Source: Camelus ferus
Lineage: Eukaryota
NCBI RefSeq assembly: GCF_009834535.1
Contig: NC_045697.1
Location: 22,508,001-22,572,000 of the forward strand
Length of the DNA stretch: 64,000 nt
Reading direction: 5' to 3'
Made by a program: the position numbers and the translations under genes
Notes under the pieces: generated by a model
What the model saw: only the letters and a program-made list of their open reading frames with translations
Told to the model about the DNA's origin: nothing
Databases searched by the model: none
Shown here: positions 11,582-24,577 of the stretch, in pieces
Numbering within the stretch: position 1 is the stretch's first letter
Layout of the letters: each line of letters opens with the position of its first letter

Positions 11582-13039
11582 CTTACAGAAACGTTATTTC
11601 CATTTCCATAAGGCACTCCTGTGCAGAATGCTCTTCACACACTGAAGTTCTTTCGGAAGGCAGGTGTGGGCAAGATGATGGTTTTAGATCCTACGACAGA
11701 CACTTTGCATGGCTCTTCAAGCACACTCGTACTTGGCATTGTGCACAGGTTTCACTGTGCACTTGATTGCCTTAAGGGACAGCCAAACAGGGATTTCCTT
11801 CATATGTTCTGAAATGACTCTAATGCCAATGGAGCTTTTTATCACAGCCTTCTAATGTAAGTTGATATATTTATTTTCTCACTCTGTTTAACTGTATATT
11901 GCAATGTTCTTTTCTTATCCGAATAGCCCCTCAATAGCTGTTTACTGTAGTATTTGCAACTTGGTCTCCTCCCTGACAGCAGGGTAATACAGCTTAATGA
12001 AATATTTGTAAAGCCCAATGAACTGCACAGAAGAAATGTGCTTTTAAGTTCTAAATGATGTTTCTTACTAACACCATTAATAACATATTTTTTCTGCATC
12101 TCTGTAGCTTGCAGTTTCACTCAACCAACTCTGCACCTTGGAGTCACCCCAAATGAAATGTCAGGTGTATGAATGTCTCACAGAGAAAAACTGTCAAAGT
12201 CAAACGCACTGTAGAAGCTGTCCTAAACCAGTTTGGGTCTTCAACTGGTTTGGAAATTACCTGAGAAAATGGCAAATTGCTAAAATACTTTCCAGTAATG
12301 TTTCTTGTTTTCATGATGATCATGATGCTTTAAAACCTCTTTTCGCCTGGCATTATTTAGATAATATTATTTAATTGCATCACATTATTAATGGTATACG
12401 ATAATGTATCTCTAAGTTCTCCTCTGTTAGGATCTGTCATATCTGAGATCATGCTGAGACCAATGGATCACATGTTGTTGAAGCTGAAAGAAACTTTTAA
12501 GTTAATACATATTAAGAGTTTAATATGATGCCTGGAAAGGAGTAATTAGGCAATAAACATTAGTTTCTAGTATTATTATTACTGTTATTATTAAACTTTC
12601 TCATTTTAAAGATGAGAAAATTGAAGCTTCTACATAAATATTGCCAGTAATGTATTACATAATATGGAAATAATTTTTCCACTGAGTAATACATTGCTAA
12701 AACCCATTCATATTCCTGGATGTAGCTACCGATCATTTATTTTGACTGCTATATAATATTCCATGAAGAATACACTGCACTTAATAACTCATACTTGCTC
12801 ACTGTCTCTAAGTCTACTTTTAGTTCTCCAATCAAACTACATGTTTTGTTTGCATATACATCAACTCTTTCTTAAAATTAACTCACACTTTCCTTGACTG
12901 CAGCTTAATCTTCATTTCTCAGGGAATCATTCATTGCTTTCTCTGACAGCATTAATTCTCCTCATTGAAAATGTGTGTACTTCTCCACTGAAGTAATGTT
13001 TTATTTATGGGTTTTATTTCCTGATTATTCTATCAGTCT

Positions 13040-13175
13040 TTCTCCTCCACTGTATTATAATCATCAGGGGAAAGCCTGTACCTTTTATTATTATTATTAT
13101 TATTTATTCCTTAGCACCTAACACAGCACTTGGTACTTAGTACATATTTTTTAACAGAATGGATGCAGTGAATGT
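13040..13175 (+). mobile_element. L2 3' end
   Basis: TATTCCTTAGCACCTAACACAGCACTTGGTACTTAGTA ... GAATGGATG. Confidence 0.6.
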
Positions 13176-14419
13176 TTCTCATTAATATTTTTGTTTGTGT
13201 AAGTTCTCCTAAGACAACTCAAAGAATTGTTGCACTCTATCTAGGCAGAAGTGGTTACAAACACAGATGCAACAGATGAAGGAGAGTAAAGATGTGAAAA
13301 CAACTGGCATCTGGGTTATTTCCAAAACCAACTGCAACAAAACACTGGCAAGAACCATATAGAGATGAATAGGGACATAGACAGAACAGTAATGAATTGA
13401 TATTTGGTTTGCCAAGTCTCATACCTTTGATCTGGGTCAAATTGTTGAGAATTGAAAAAGGTATGTAGTCTAGCTCTTTTGTTGTTGTTGTTGTTTTTAA
13501 TTTGAAAACCGAGAGAGCTAGATTAAATAATTTTAATGTGTTTTCCAGAGCTTCCGTTTTAGGTATTTGTGTTTTGCATACATATTAATTAATTCATTTA
13601 TAATAATGCTGTTTTCCATCTTAATAAGTTTTTTTTTGTAGGTAACAGAGTTCTATCAATGAACTTATACTCAGTATTACTGTGCATATGAAACCTTAAT
13701 ACCTGCTGTCTTGACTCTGTTTTGCCAGAAGAGAGATACTAACATAAGATCATCCTGTTCCTGCAGTGTTTCTTGAAGGACTTTATCATCATCTACTTCT
13801 CCAGGTGAATATTAAAGCTTTTAGTCTCAAAAAAAAAAAAAAATCTGCCGTATCTCTCTCTTATAACTATGTTCATTCTTAAATTAAAAAAAATTCTTCT
13901 AAAATTAATAGTATCCATGGCCATGTAAGTTATAGGACACCCTCTGGCATCCTGCTTGATTATGTTCACTAAAAATTCCTCTTAAAAACTACAGAACAAT
14001 GTTGGCTTCGTTCCTATTAGCAAAAGTCACTGATTTTTGATAAACTTTTGCAATCCGGTTCTAAACTCCAGCTTTGCCATTGGTTTGTTCTGCTTCTTAT
14101 GTTCCGTCTCCTCACAATCTGACCACAAATGGAGTGAGATTACTCTCCATCTCCTTCTAGAGAAAGACACCTCCTGTGGTTCAGACCAAGCAAACATAAA
14201 GCAGTTTTAAAGGTATTCTTATTTCAAAAGGCATTGGAAGATATAAATGATCAATATTTTAAAAATTAAAAACTGTCCTAAAACTTTTATTTTAAACCTC
14301 TCCCTTATAAGATATTATGTCTGCCTTTACAGTGTACTAAGATCTTACATCAGTTATTTTGTCACAAAGTGGAAACCGAATGCATCCCTTCACCTGCCAC
14401 TTTCTATTCAGAGTTTACT

Positions 14420-14454
14420 TGCAATCACCTGGCCTTACCACTAGATGGTGGTAA
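14420..14454 (+). promoter_or_regulatory. Candidate CTCF site with upstream motif
   Basis: Core CCACTAGATGGTGG (14438-14451) against consensus CCASYAGRKGGCRS, plus TGCAATCAC (14420-14428) at roughly the spacing of the ZF9-11 upstream motif. Motif match only. Confidence 0.4.
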
Positions 14455-14842
14455 AACTAGTAAGGCATTCAACATGCCTGGGGCAGGAAACCAGAGAATG
14501 AGCACAAAGAAGTGAAGTTTAGGGGTTTATTGGGCATAACATAATAAATAAATTAGTGAAATATGAGAACAGGAGGTTCCTGAACTCAGAATGATGAGGT
14601 GTTTTTTCATTCTCATTTCTGTTCCTTAATTCCCAACTGAGCTGAATACTTTTAAATATTTTCCTTTTCAAACTTAATTGTGAATTGAACTTTCAAAAAA
14701 ATACTAAAATGTTACTTAAATTTTCTCTTCTCTTTGATTTGAATTGTATCATTATTTTTGAAAACGGTTTGTAGAAGATGGGTTTTGTGGGTTATGTTCT
14801 TTAACTGCTCACTCTGTGTATGTTAATAAGTATGTAATATTT

Positions 14843-14889
14843 CTATCTATCTAGCTATCTATCCATCTATCTATCTAGCTAGCTAGCTA
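14843..14889. repeat. (CTAT)n/(CTAG)n tetranucleotide microsatellite
   Basis: Read directly from the sequence. Confidence 0.9.
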
Positions 14890-14985
14890 ATCTTATATCC
14901 CCAACTTAAAGATTCAGAAATTAAATTATTTACCCTTTTTTAAATTCCCCACAGCAACTACTACTGACATATAAACGTAGCCAGT

Positions 14986-15449
14986 TGTATCAGTCAGGAT
15001 TCTCCAAAGAAACAGACCAATAAGTCATATACAGATATAACAGAAACACATTTATTATGAGGGGCTGGCTTACATGAGTGTGGAGGCTGAGGAGTCCCAT
15101 GTCCGGCTGTCTGCAAGCTGGAGGCCTAGGAAAGCCAGGGGTGTAATTCCGGTCCAAACCCAAAGGCTGGAGAATCAGGAGTGCTGATGTCCGTGGGCAA
15201 GAGAAGAAGGATATTCCAGTTCAAGTAAAAAAAAGAGCAAATTCATTTTTTTGGTTCTATCAGGCCCTCAACAAATTGTAATTTGCTCACTAACATTGGT
15301 AAGGCAGTCTTTTTTACTCGGTCTTCTTACTCAAATGCTGATCTTTTCCAGAAAACCTTCCTTCACAGACACATCCATAAATGATGTTTTACTAGCTACC
15401 TAGGCACCCCTTAGCCCAGCCATGCTGACACACAGAATTAACCATCTCA
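14986..15449 (-). mobile_element. ERVL solo LTR (MLT2B-like)
   Basis: TGTATCAGTCAGGATTCTCCAAAGAAACAGA ... CTGCAAGCTGGAGGCCTAGGAAAGCCAG ... AATTAACCATCTCA. 5-bp TSD-like CCAGT/ACAGT. Confidence 0.9.
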
Positions 15450-16228
15450 ACAGTGCTCCACAGATTCTTGTTGAAAGATATGCTGCTCTGACTCCTGTTC
15501 AGATCTTCAGCCAATTATGTACTCTATTCTGGACAGGTCATCTGACCCCAGCATTTTTGGACCATTGACCCTATGAAATCCACAGGCAATGGTCTCTAAG
15601 GAAATTAGCAAGGCCAAGTCTTGGAAGAGATGACCTCAGTATCTCCCCAGTTTAGACACTTGAGGTAGGACATGCTGTAATCTCTCCAGTCTTCCCCTGG
15701 AGTGTGTCCGCTGCTCTCCCTTCTTACTGTTGTCCCACTTCGAGGCCTCATTGTTGCTTGTTCTATTTTGCAGCTTTGTTGCTTTTCAGTAGGGGGTTTT
15801 GCCTTTCTGTGGTGGGTGTCCTCAGCTGAGGGTAATTACGGACTCTCCCACATGGCCTTCCATCACGTCTTCCAAAGTATCTCCACCATAAGTTGTTAAA
15901 GAAAGCAGGAGGAGAGTGGGTGAGTTCTTAATGAATATCACCTGCAGTTCCATCCGTTCCAGAATAATATGCAAAGAAAAGGACAGATTTTCTTTTGAGC
16001 AGCCAAATATTTAAGAAAATAGCAACCTTCACTATGATAAGCCATTCTTCATCCAGGAAGCATGAGAAAAATATCTTGGTTGGCATTTTCTCCCTTTGGT
16101 CAACTCTTCCTCTTTTACTGTTCCATAACACAGCAGTTCAAAGAATGAAATACAACATATACTTTCTTCATGAGACTCTAAAATCCTAAAGGCAGGAACT
16201 TGAAAATTTGTATCCCTGTCGTTTGAAC

Positions 16229-16449
16229 CAGGAGTCTAAACTAAAGCCCCTTGGGCCTAATTTGTCCTGCCACCTGTTTTTGTAAATAAAGTTTTATTGG
16301 CATAAGCCACAGCCATTCATTTATGTTTGCCTGTGATTGCTTCTTGCACTACAAGGCAGAAGGAAGTAGCCGTGACAGAGGACTTGTAGCCTGTAAGGGC
16401 TTAACATACTTACTTTTTTGCCCTTTACAGAAAAAGTCTGCCAACACAG
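16229..16449 (+). mobile_element. MER58A hAT-Charlie MITE
   Basis: GCCACCTGTTTTTGTAAATAAAGTTTTATTGG ... GCCCTTTACAGAAAAAGTCTGCCAAC. Confidence 0.9.
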
Positions 16450-16852
16450 ATTTTGTAATTAAAAAAAAAAATTTGTTAAATAAATGAATTGATGGAGATT
16501 ATTATCATATTGATGCAAATCTTGACTATACATAAAAATGCTATTGGTTAAAATTGTATTTTTGCTTAAAATATGAGTCAAGAGATAATTAGTAAGTTAT
16601 CTACAGAGAGTACAAGGCCAAATACGTCACTTGATTTAATCAGCTTACCAAAATGGCCATAGTAGCCTTTGTTTTTTTGTGGGTTGTTTTGGAACCTGAA
16701 ATTTCTGAGTGCTTTAATTATCTTTCCAAATTGTGATTCATTTTTGTATCATATGGACTAAGTGTTACTGAAATGTGTTATTAAGGTTATTAGTTCCATG
16801 AAGAAGCAGTAATAATTTCTTGGCATATAAATCATATAATCAAGTGAGATCA

Positions 16853-17720
16853 GTTTTTTTTTAATAGATTTTATTTTTTACAGCAGCTTTAGGTTCAGAG
16901 TGAAATTGAGCAGAAGATACAGAGATTTCTCATGTACCTCCTACCCGTACACAGTACCACCTCCTCCACTCAATATCTTCCCCCTCCCCCAGAGTGGGAC
17001 ATTTGTTACAGCTGATGAACCTACATTGACATATTACCCAAAGTCCATAAATAACATTAGGGTTCACTCTTGGTGTTGTATATTCTGTAGGTTTAAACAA
17101 ATGTATAATGACATGTGTCCACAATTATAGTACCATACAGAGTAGTTTCCCTGCCCTAAAAAGTCCTCTGTGCTCTATCTGTTTATCCCTTCCTCCCTCC
17201 TAACTCCTGGTAACCACTAATTTAATTACTGTCTTCATAGTTTGTCTTTTATAGAATGTCATACAGTTGGAATCATACAGTATGTAGGCTTTTCAGATCG
17301 GCTTCTTCCACTTAGTGATATGTGTTTGAGTTTCCTCTATATCTTTTTATACCTTGATAGCTCATTTCTTTTTAGCCCTCTGAATAATATTTTATTGTCT
17401 GGATGTACCATGGTATATTTATCCATTCATCTACTAGAGGATATCTTGGTTGCTTCCAAGCTTTGGCAATAATGAATAAAGCTGCTATAAACATGTATGC
17501 GCAGGTTTTTGTGTGGACATAAGTTTCAACTCATTTGGGTAAATACCAAGGAGTGCAATTGCTGGATTGTATGGTAAGACTATGTTTAGTTTTGTAAGAA
17601 ACTGCCAAACGGTCTTCTAAAATGGCTCTACCACTTTGCATTTCCACCGGTAATGAATGAGAGTCTAGCATTCGGTGCTGTCAATGTTTTAGAGTTTCAC
17701 CATTCTAATAGGTGTGGTTT
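16853..17720 (-). mobile_element. L1MC1/2-like 3' end
   Basis: T-tail, then TTTAGGTTCAGAGTGAAATTGAGCAGAAG ... CATTAGGGTTCACTCTTGGTG ... GTAAGAAACTGCCAAAC ... TAATGAATGAGAG. Confidence 0.9.
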
Positions 17721-18921
17721 TGTTTTCAAAGATAAGATTTTGCAATGCTTTCAAAAATTTAAAAATAGACTCTGAGTATCTGGGGATGTGGTAGAATATA
17801 CATTTCTCAAAATACATTGATCATTGGAATGCATTACTCTAGGATTGTTTATAGAATGAATGTTCCCAGACAGCTGCTGAGAGCCTTATTGTGTCTCTGT
17901 GCCTAGCATCATGCCTGGCTCATAGCAACTGTCTGTGGATATTTGTTGAATCAATCAATTCTTGAGGTTGGAACTCAGAGAGAAATCTGGGTTCGCTGAA
18001 GTTTGAATGAATCCAGATATAGCGAAATAACCTTGAGCCTGCTTACTAAAAAGAAAGTCAGCACTCAAATGCAGAAAATCCCAAGGCTTAAGCTGAACCT
18101 ATTATATAAATGTTCTATTTTAATAAAATAGGTTAGTTAAATGGTTAATTTTAGCATTAAAAAATAAATAGACATCTGAGACCAATTAATAGCTTTTTTT
18201 TGAGAGCCCGTACATTTGGCCAATACTTCATAACAATGCAGTTTTCTTTGGCAGCCTGTAGTTTGCTGATGGCCATTTTCTTTGTCAGAACTGTTATCAA
18301 ACTGTGCTATTAAAAGAGATTTATTTGGTAAGATCTGGGTGGATCTGTAACAAATAAGCAGACGGTCCAAGCTGTTGTCTAAAATACAAGAGTTTGGAGA
18401 GACTTTTCTTTATCCTCTTGGCGTAAGCCACATTTTATCATATTTTGAATACAATCTGAGCAAGGCTTCCCAAATGCATCTCATACAATTATACATTTAA
18501 GTTAGCATTTTATTTTGAAAAGAATGTTTTTGTAACTTTGTATTTGGCTTCATATATTCATCTAATACATGATTTTTGTGGGCTTAAACACTTTTCCCCA
18601 GCACTTATTCTAAATAGCAAATTAAGGTTGTTCCATTGTACAAATGGGGAAGCTAAATTCTGGAGCAGGTTTCAACGCTATTTTAACACTGAGAGTATAA
18701 AACAGAGTGGTGTTTATGAATTTAAATATTGATCTACCTTTCAAGCTAAACTTTTTTGTGAAAATTCAATTGTATGGCTTTGATCTGTATATGTTTTTTA
18801 TTCTTTATAGTAATAAACATATAATGATTAGTGTCCCTATCACTCTTCAAAAATTCTGAAATGATTTAGCTTTTTTTTTTTCCCCTTGGTCAAGCTGTTA
18901 AGAGGATTGTGGAAGTATTTA

Positions 18922-19260
18922 CAGTTGTCCCTCGGTATCTGTAGAGAATTGGTTCCAGGACACCCACGAGTATTGAAATTCTTGGCTGCTCAAGTCCATT
19001 ATATAAAATGGTGTACTATTTGCATATAACCTACGCACATCCTCTGTATACTTTAAATCACCTCTAGATTACTTATAATACCTAAGGCAATGTAAATTCT
19101 GTGTAAATAGTTGTAAATACAATGCAAATGCTATGTAAATAGTTGCTGGTGTGTGGCAAATTCAAGTTTTACTTCTTGGAACTTTCTGGAATTTTTTTTT
19201 TTCCTATCCTTTGTCAGCTGAATCCTCAGTAGTAGAATCCTAGATATGGAGAGCTGACTA
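18922..19260 (+). mobile_element. MER2 TcMar-Tigger MITE
   Basis: TA|CAGTTGTCCCTCGGTATCTG ... TTGCATATAACCTACGCACATCC ... GATATGGAGAGCTGACT. Confidence 0.9.
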
Positions 19261-19739
19261 TGTTTCTATTTCTACTTTGAAAAACTTTATAGATACACCA
19301 AACATGATAAAGAGAATTTTTTTTTTTTAATTTCACGACTGCTGCTCATATACAAATTTCCATAGGATGCAATTTTAATTCTCATAATTCTTGCCATATT
19401 AACACATAATATTAAGAAATTTTCAAAATAGGTTTTTTTTTTCAAAATAGGTTTTTTGATCAAGGAAAATTCTGATTATGTACATGGAGGCTGTAAAATG
19501 TCTTAGAATTATTTAAACATACAATATGCAATGGACATACAGTTTGAAAAATACTCCTACAAATAACGTTTAGTAAAAGTGATTTGTAAATCACTTTTTT
19601 AGAACACTTGATCTATTTTCTCAAGGGGCCAATACTATGAATAATTGTTTTGGATTGAACCAGTCTCACAGGCTTATGCAATCCATAATAAATAACAAAT
19701 TGCCAGGAGGAAATGACCCGGGGATAAAGCCAAAGAGAT

Positions 19740-20030
19740 AGAGGTAAGACTGTTGGTGGGAGGCTTTGAGTGTCATGATAACATTTGAGAAATGGACTGT
19801 AGAAAATGGGAATCATTAAAAGTTGTCTGGAGAACTGAACTAGTTTGACTTGAGTTTTGAAAAATACGTCTGTAAGGAGAGTGCTGCCTGTAGGTAAGGC
19901 TGAAGTTAGGGATGACAATTTAGGACTCTATTACAGGGTTCCAGAAATTTCATGAGAACCTTAACTCTATCATAATTCAAGGCACAGACAATGCTGAGGG
20001 GGTTTCTAGATATTTAGTGAGAAAGAAAAC
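19740..20030 (-). mobile_element. L2 fragment, degenerate
   Basis: GTAGAAAATGGGAATCATTAAAAG ... TTTAGGACTCTATTACAGGGTTCCAG ... TTCTAGATATTTAG. Confidence 0.5.
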
Positions 20031-23000
20031 AATTGAGGAGGAAGAGTAGTTTCAAATGAAGAAACCAGTAGAGGAATGTGAGAAGGGTACATAGTCAAAG
20101 AAGCTGGACTGTGGGTAGCCAAGACTGGAGGATGAATGTGGGAAGGAAAACTGAGGCAGCGCACCTCTTAAAGGGACACTAAAGAAGAAGGTTATGGGGA
20201 AGAGATACTGAATCACGCAGCTCTCCCTTTAAAGGACCACATCGGATTGATTCTTACACAAATGGACAGTTATCTGCAAATTCTGATATACAGTTGCTCT
20301 CTCTATGATTGAAAGCCAGATATTTGGGTTTCAAGGAGTGGCTGTCAGATGCTATACCGCTGAGGAGAATTTAAAGTGATTCAGACATCAGTTGATTTAA
20401 TACCCATCACCTCACATAAGCATAATTACAGAAAAAAAAAATTTACTTCTCCATAGTTCTTTTAGTTCTTGATATATGACCTTGCAAAAAGATTTAATTG
20501 CGTGGTTTTCATTTATGAAAACCTTATCTGTGAAAGTAGTGAATTCAGCAAAATGACTTTAGAGTCTCTCAGAAATACGGATCCATGCCTAATTTAGGAC
20601 CTACTGCTGAAACATGGCTCCATTAATAAGATACCACATGGTGGGTTTTGGATTGTCTTACATTTAGTTAAATTTACGTATAAATATATACATATATATG
20701 TATCCATATATATATTTGATCATCACTGGGCTGAAGATAATTATACATTATTTTCTTATTAAATAAGAATGAAAGGAAGATTTGAGTTTCTGTCTTTTGA
20801 TATTCTCATTTTTGGATCTTGTCCAGTTAACTTTTATTTATCTGGGCTAATTTGTTGGAGAAATTTGGGAAAATAATCAAAGATGACTTATACAATGATT
20901 CACATACCAAGTTGCTTATCTGACCTAGCCACGAGTCCATTTGAAACATCTGATACAAGAACTTAGTTGAACAACAAAAGAGACAAAACCCATGATAATA
21001 GTCAGAGATGAATTAATTGTGTGCTTTTATTGGCAACTGTTCACACACTGGCTCAGCTAATGTTAGTTTTACCTGCTCAAATATCAGGCTAACTGGGGCT
21101 CTAAGTCTACTGCATCTACAGCACATCTAAGTATAGTTTATGTAGAGCATGATATGGTTTTGATGCCTAGCAACAGGATAAAACCAAACAGTAATGATTA
21201 CAGGAGTAACATGGACAATATACATCTCATGGAGTACCATGAAATCTTTTTTATCCTATTTCAAATTTTTCTTCTGGGCTTTCCTAAATTAGTCTCATAT
21301 TTAAGTATTGTTTCCTCACTTTGTTTTGCAGTTTTAATGATCTTTATAACACTGTATACATATTATTTTGGATAGGAAAGTAGGATTTATTGGTGGTTGC
21401 GAGTAAGGAGGGGACGGTACCAAGGCTCTTATGAATGGAGGGCCCACCACTTGTCCCGGGGCCATTATTAGGGATGTATTTGACCCCACAGCCATCCGGG
21501 AAGAGCCTTAGCACTGTATTATTGATTACTCTGAAAGGCAGATATTTACTAATATGTAAGAAATTTTGACAAATGAAGTCAAAGTAGATTCGAGTTCCTA
21601 CTTAAAAAAATGTTTTGCAGATGTTAAGTACATATCTTAGGGTAGAACTAAGAACTGAAAATCATCAGGGTGAAAGAAGGCCATTTTATTCTGGCATATG
21701 GGTATATGTGGATATATATTTTTTAAATGAAGATATTAATTATAAACATTATGTGATAGATGCAAAATTAAATATATTTGAATTAAAGATAAGCCTTTAA
21801 GAGAAGATATTTCTATTCACACTGATGGATTAAGTAGGGAAGAAATAAATACAGATAGAAATTATTTGAGTATATACTTAATGGAAGAATGTGTGTGTCT
21901 TTGTGTATGCTGCAAGGGCATTGGTAGGGTATGGGTGTTTAGCCCCACATTCTTCCATTTTCTAGATAAGATCAATTTTTTCCTTGCATCCAAGTTTCCT
22001 TAGCAAAAAAGATGGCTCTGGGAGGCAGGTGGTAGTTCCAGAACCCCACGAGCTCTGAGAGTGAAAAGGGCAACTCTGAGATTCCTCTGGTCTATGTGAA
22101 TCCAGTCCTCCATCGTCCTCCAAGCCTCCTACACAGAAGTCAGGAAGTGGGGGGTGGCGAAGTTCTGTGGCGTGTGAATTAGAAGCATCATCAACAGGAG
22201 AGGAGCAGGGGATTGTGGGATTTTCATATTTCTGCCCAGACTAAGAGACCAACTCCCTCAGACTCACAGCCTCTCACTATAATCTGATTTTGAATCCACC
22301 AGGATTAACCCAATCATACCATTTATCCCAATGTATTTCAGTAACACCACAAGCCCAAGATCTGAGATTATCTCTCATGACCTGGACAGTAACTTTCTTA
22401 ATCCCACAACACTCCCTGATTTACAAAATTTCCCACATGTCTTCATGTTTTTATTGTCTGTCACCTGCAAAATCCCCTATAGCTTCAAACTCCTCTCTAA
22501 ACATTTCTTTTATTATGTTCTGACCCTGCTCTTAATGAACAGATGAAAGAACGACTAAGCAGCATTGGAATTCAGACAAGTTATTGTTGGACAAAGTTTT
22601 CTTCTTTATTTTTTTCCCTGTAAATTCTTTGTTTAAATAAGATGAGACTTTTATGGCATAGCCTTATATATATGCACAGGTGTAAAGTATTGGTTGAAGC
22701 AGTGCAGAAAATCTTATTTGAACACCTTAGGTGCATTTAACATGTTTTGAAATCCAATAATTTAAACAAATTGGCCTTATTAAAAAAAAAAAAAGCTTGA
22801 GGAAGTTTCTAGCCTACAAATGTTAACCTTCAGGGAATGACTTAACAATGATATTCAACTCTTTGAAGCAGTATTTGCTTTGAGAGTGCTAAATTATGTC
22901 TCCTTGTTTTCACTACGGAGACAGGGACCAGGTTTAAATTAGAGAACAATAAATTTAGGCTCGTTATTGAGGAATCCAAAAGCAGCATAGATAGCAAATG

Positions 23001-24100
23001 GACCCTGCTGAATATTAAAAATACAATTTGATCAATTAAATATATGAAACCAAAACAAAACCATTCTACATAACTGATAAAGTGTAAACCGTTAAATCCT
23101 ACCATTGGAGTACGTGGAGCCCAGTGTTTAGAGAACTGATTTGTAAGCATGTTAAGGAATTTGTAAGACTTCTTTTTCAGGGAAAAAGAAAACAAAATCC
23201 TTCCTGGAGCATTCTCCAAGCAGGCAATAATTCAGAAATCTGAAATAATATCTACCTGAGAGCAGAAAGTCAGGATGTGTAATTGGGCCAGCCACTGGAA
23301 TCAAGAGAATCATTAAGCAAAGCATTCCCTGAAGCAACGTGGACTGTACAGTTCATAATATGATGGACTGAACACAGCAAGAGTCCACTTTTGTTCTGTC
23401 AAAGAGCCTGCCAAGGTGCTCAACACAAACAAAAGGGCTATTTTACCAGTGACATTATCTTACAAAAATCATCAGTGTGCTCTCTCACCAGCTGGAAGCC
23501 CCTGTATGCCTTCCCGGGGAACGCAGAGTTGAGCCAGTTAAGAGGCTGACAGTCACTCCAGCAGCATGGCGTCGATGGTGGGTGGATGAGTCAGACCAGT
23601 GCCTTCAGCAAAATCCAGCTAACTATTCAGCTATAATTAGTATTTTGGAACCACCGTCCGTGTTTGACTCTGACAAGGAGACGTGTCAATGTTTTTTCCT
23701 TTAAAAAAAGTCTCTCTCTCTTTTTCTTGGCCATGGAAGCAAAATGTGTGTGCAAAAATCCTGTCACTCATGAAATCTCCAGATCTGACTGTCAGAGGAA
23801 CTTCAGGTATTTTCAGGCTGTTAATGAATAGGCACCCATATCCCTGTCTTGCACCAGAAGTCAGATGTCACAGTTAATGTGCACCAAGGATTACAGTCTG
23901 TTCCAACAGAGGATACAAGACACTCCAATAGCAGCACCCCTGGTCCCTTCAGAACCAATAAGTATTAAGGACCCAAGGTGGTTTCCTAAGTGATTCCAAC
24001 TTAACTGACTGAGAAGAATAAAAAGAGGGATGTGGTGTTGAGCAGTGTCACCCAGCTGTTGTCATTTGTAATCAATATTCTGTCATTTATGCATCTGTAA

Positions 24101-24137
24101 TATATACGTGTGTGTATATATATGTGTGTGTATATAT

Positions 24138-24173
<36 letters not shown>
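24101..24173. repeat. Compound (TA)/(TG)/(CA)n microsatellite, continuous alternating purine-pyrimidine
   Basis: Read directly; ~73 bp of RY alternation including (CA)17. Confidence 0.95.
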
Positions 24174-24175
<2 letters not shown>

Positions 24176-24356
24176 TTCTCAGGCTTAATGTTCTAATGCC
24201 AGAATTCAAACAAAATAAAATTTGTTTCTGTTTTTGAGCTAAGGATCTGTTACATATAAAGGCAGTCTGACAAATTTATCTTCATGGTCAGTAACAGCTG
24301 TTATGGAAAGGGGACCCTTACCCAGGACACTACTTTGTTTGTAGACAAAATGTCCC

Positions 24357-24544
24357 TGTGATGGTCCATTTTATATGTTAACTTGGCTGGGCCACGGTGC
24401 CCAGATATTTGGTTAAACATCATTCTGGATGTTTCTATGAAGGTGTTTTTGAACGAGATGAACTTCAAAATAAGTAGACTATGAGTAAAGCAGATTACTG
24501 TCCATAATGTGGGTAGGTCTTATTGAAGGCCTTAATGAGAATAA

Positions 24545-24577
<33 letters not shown>

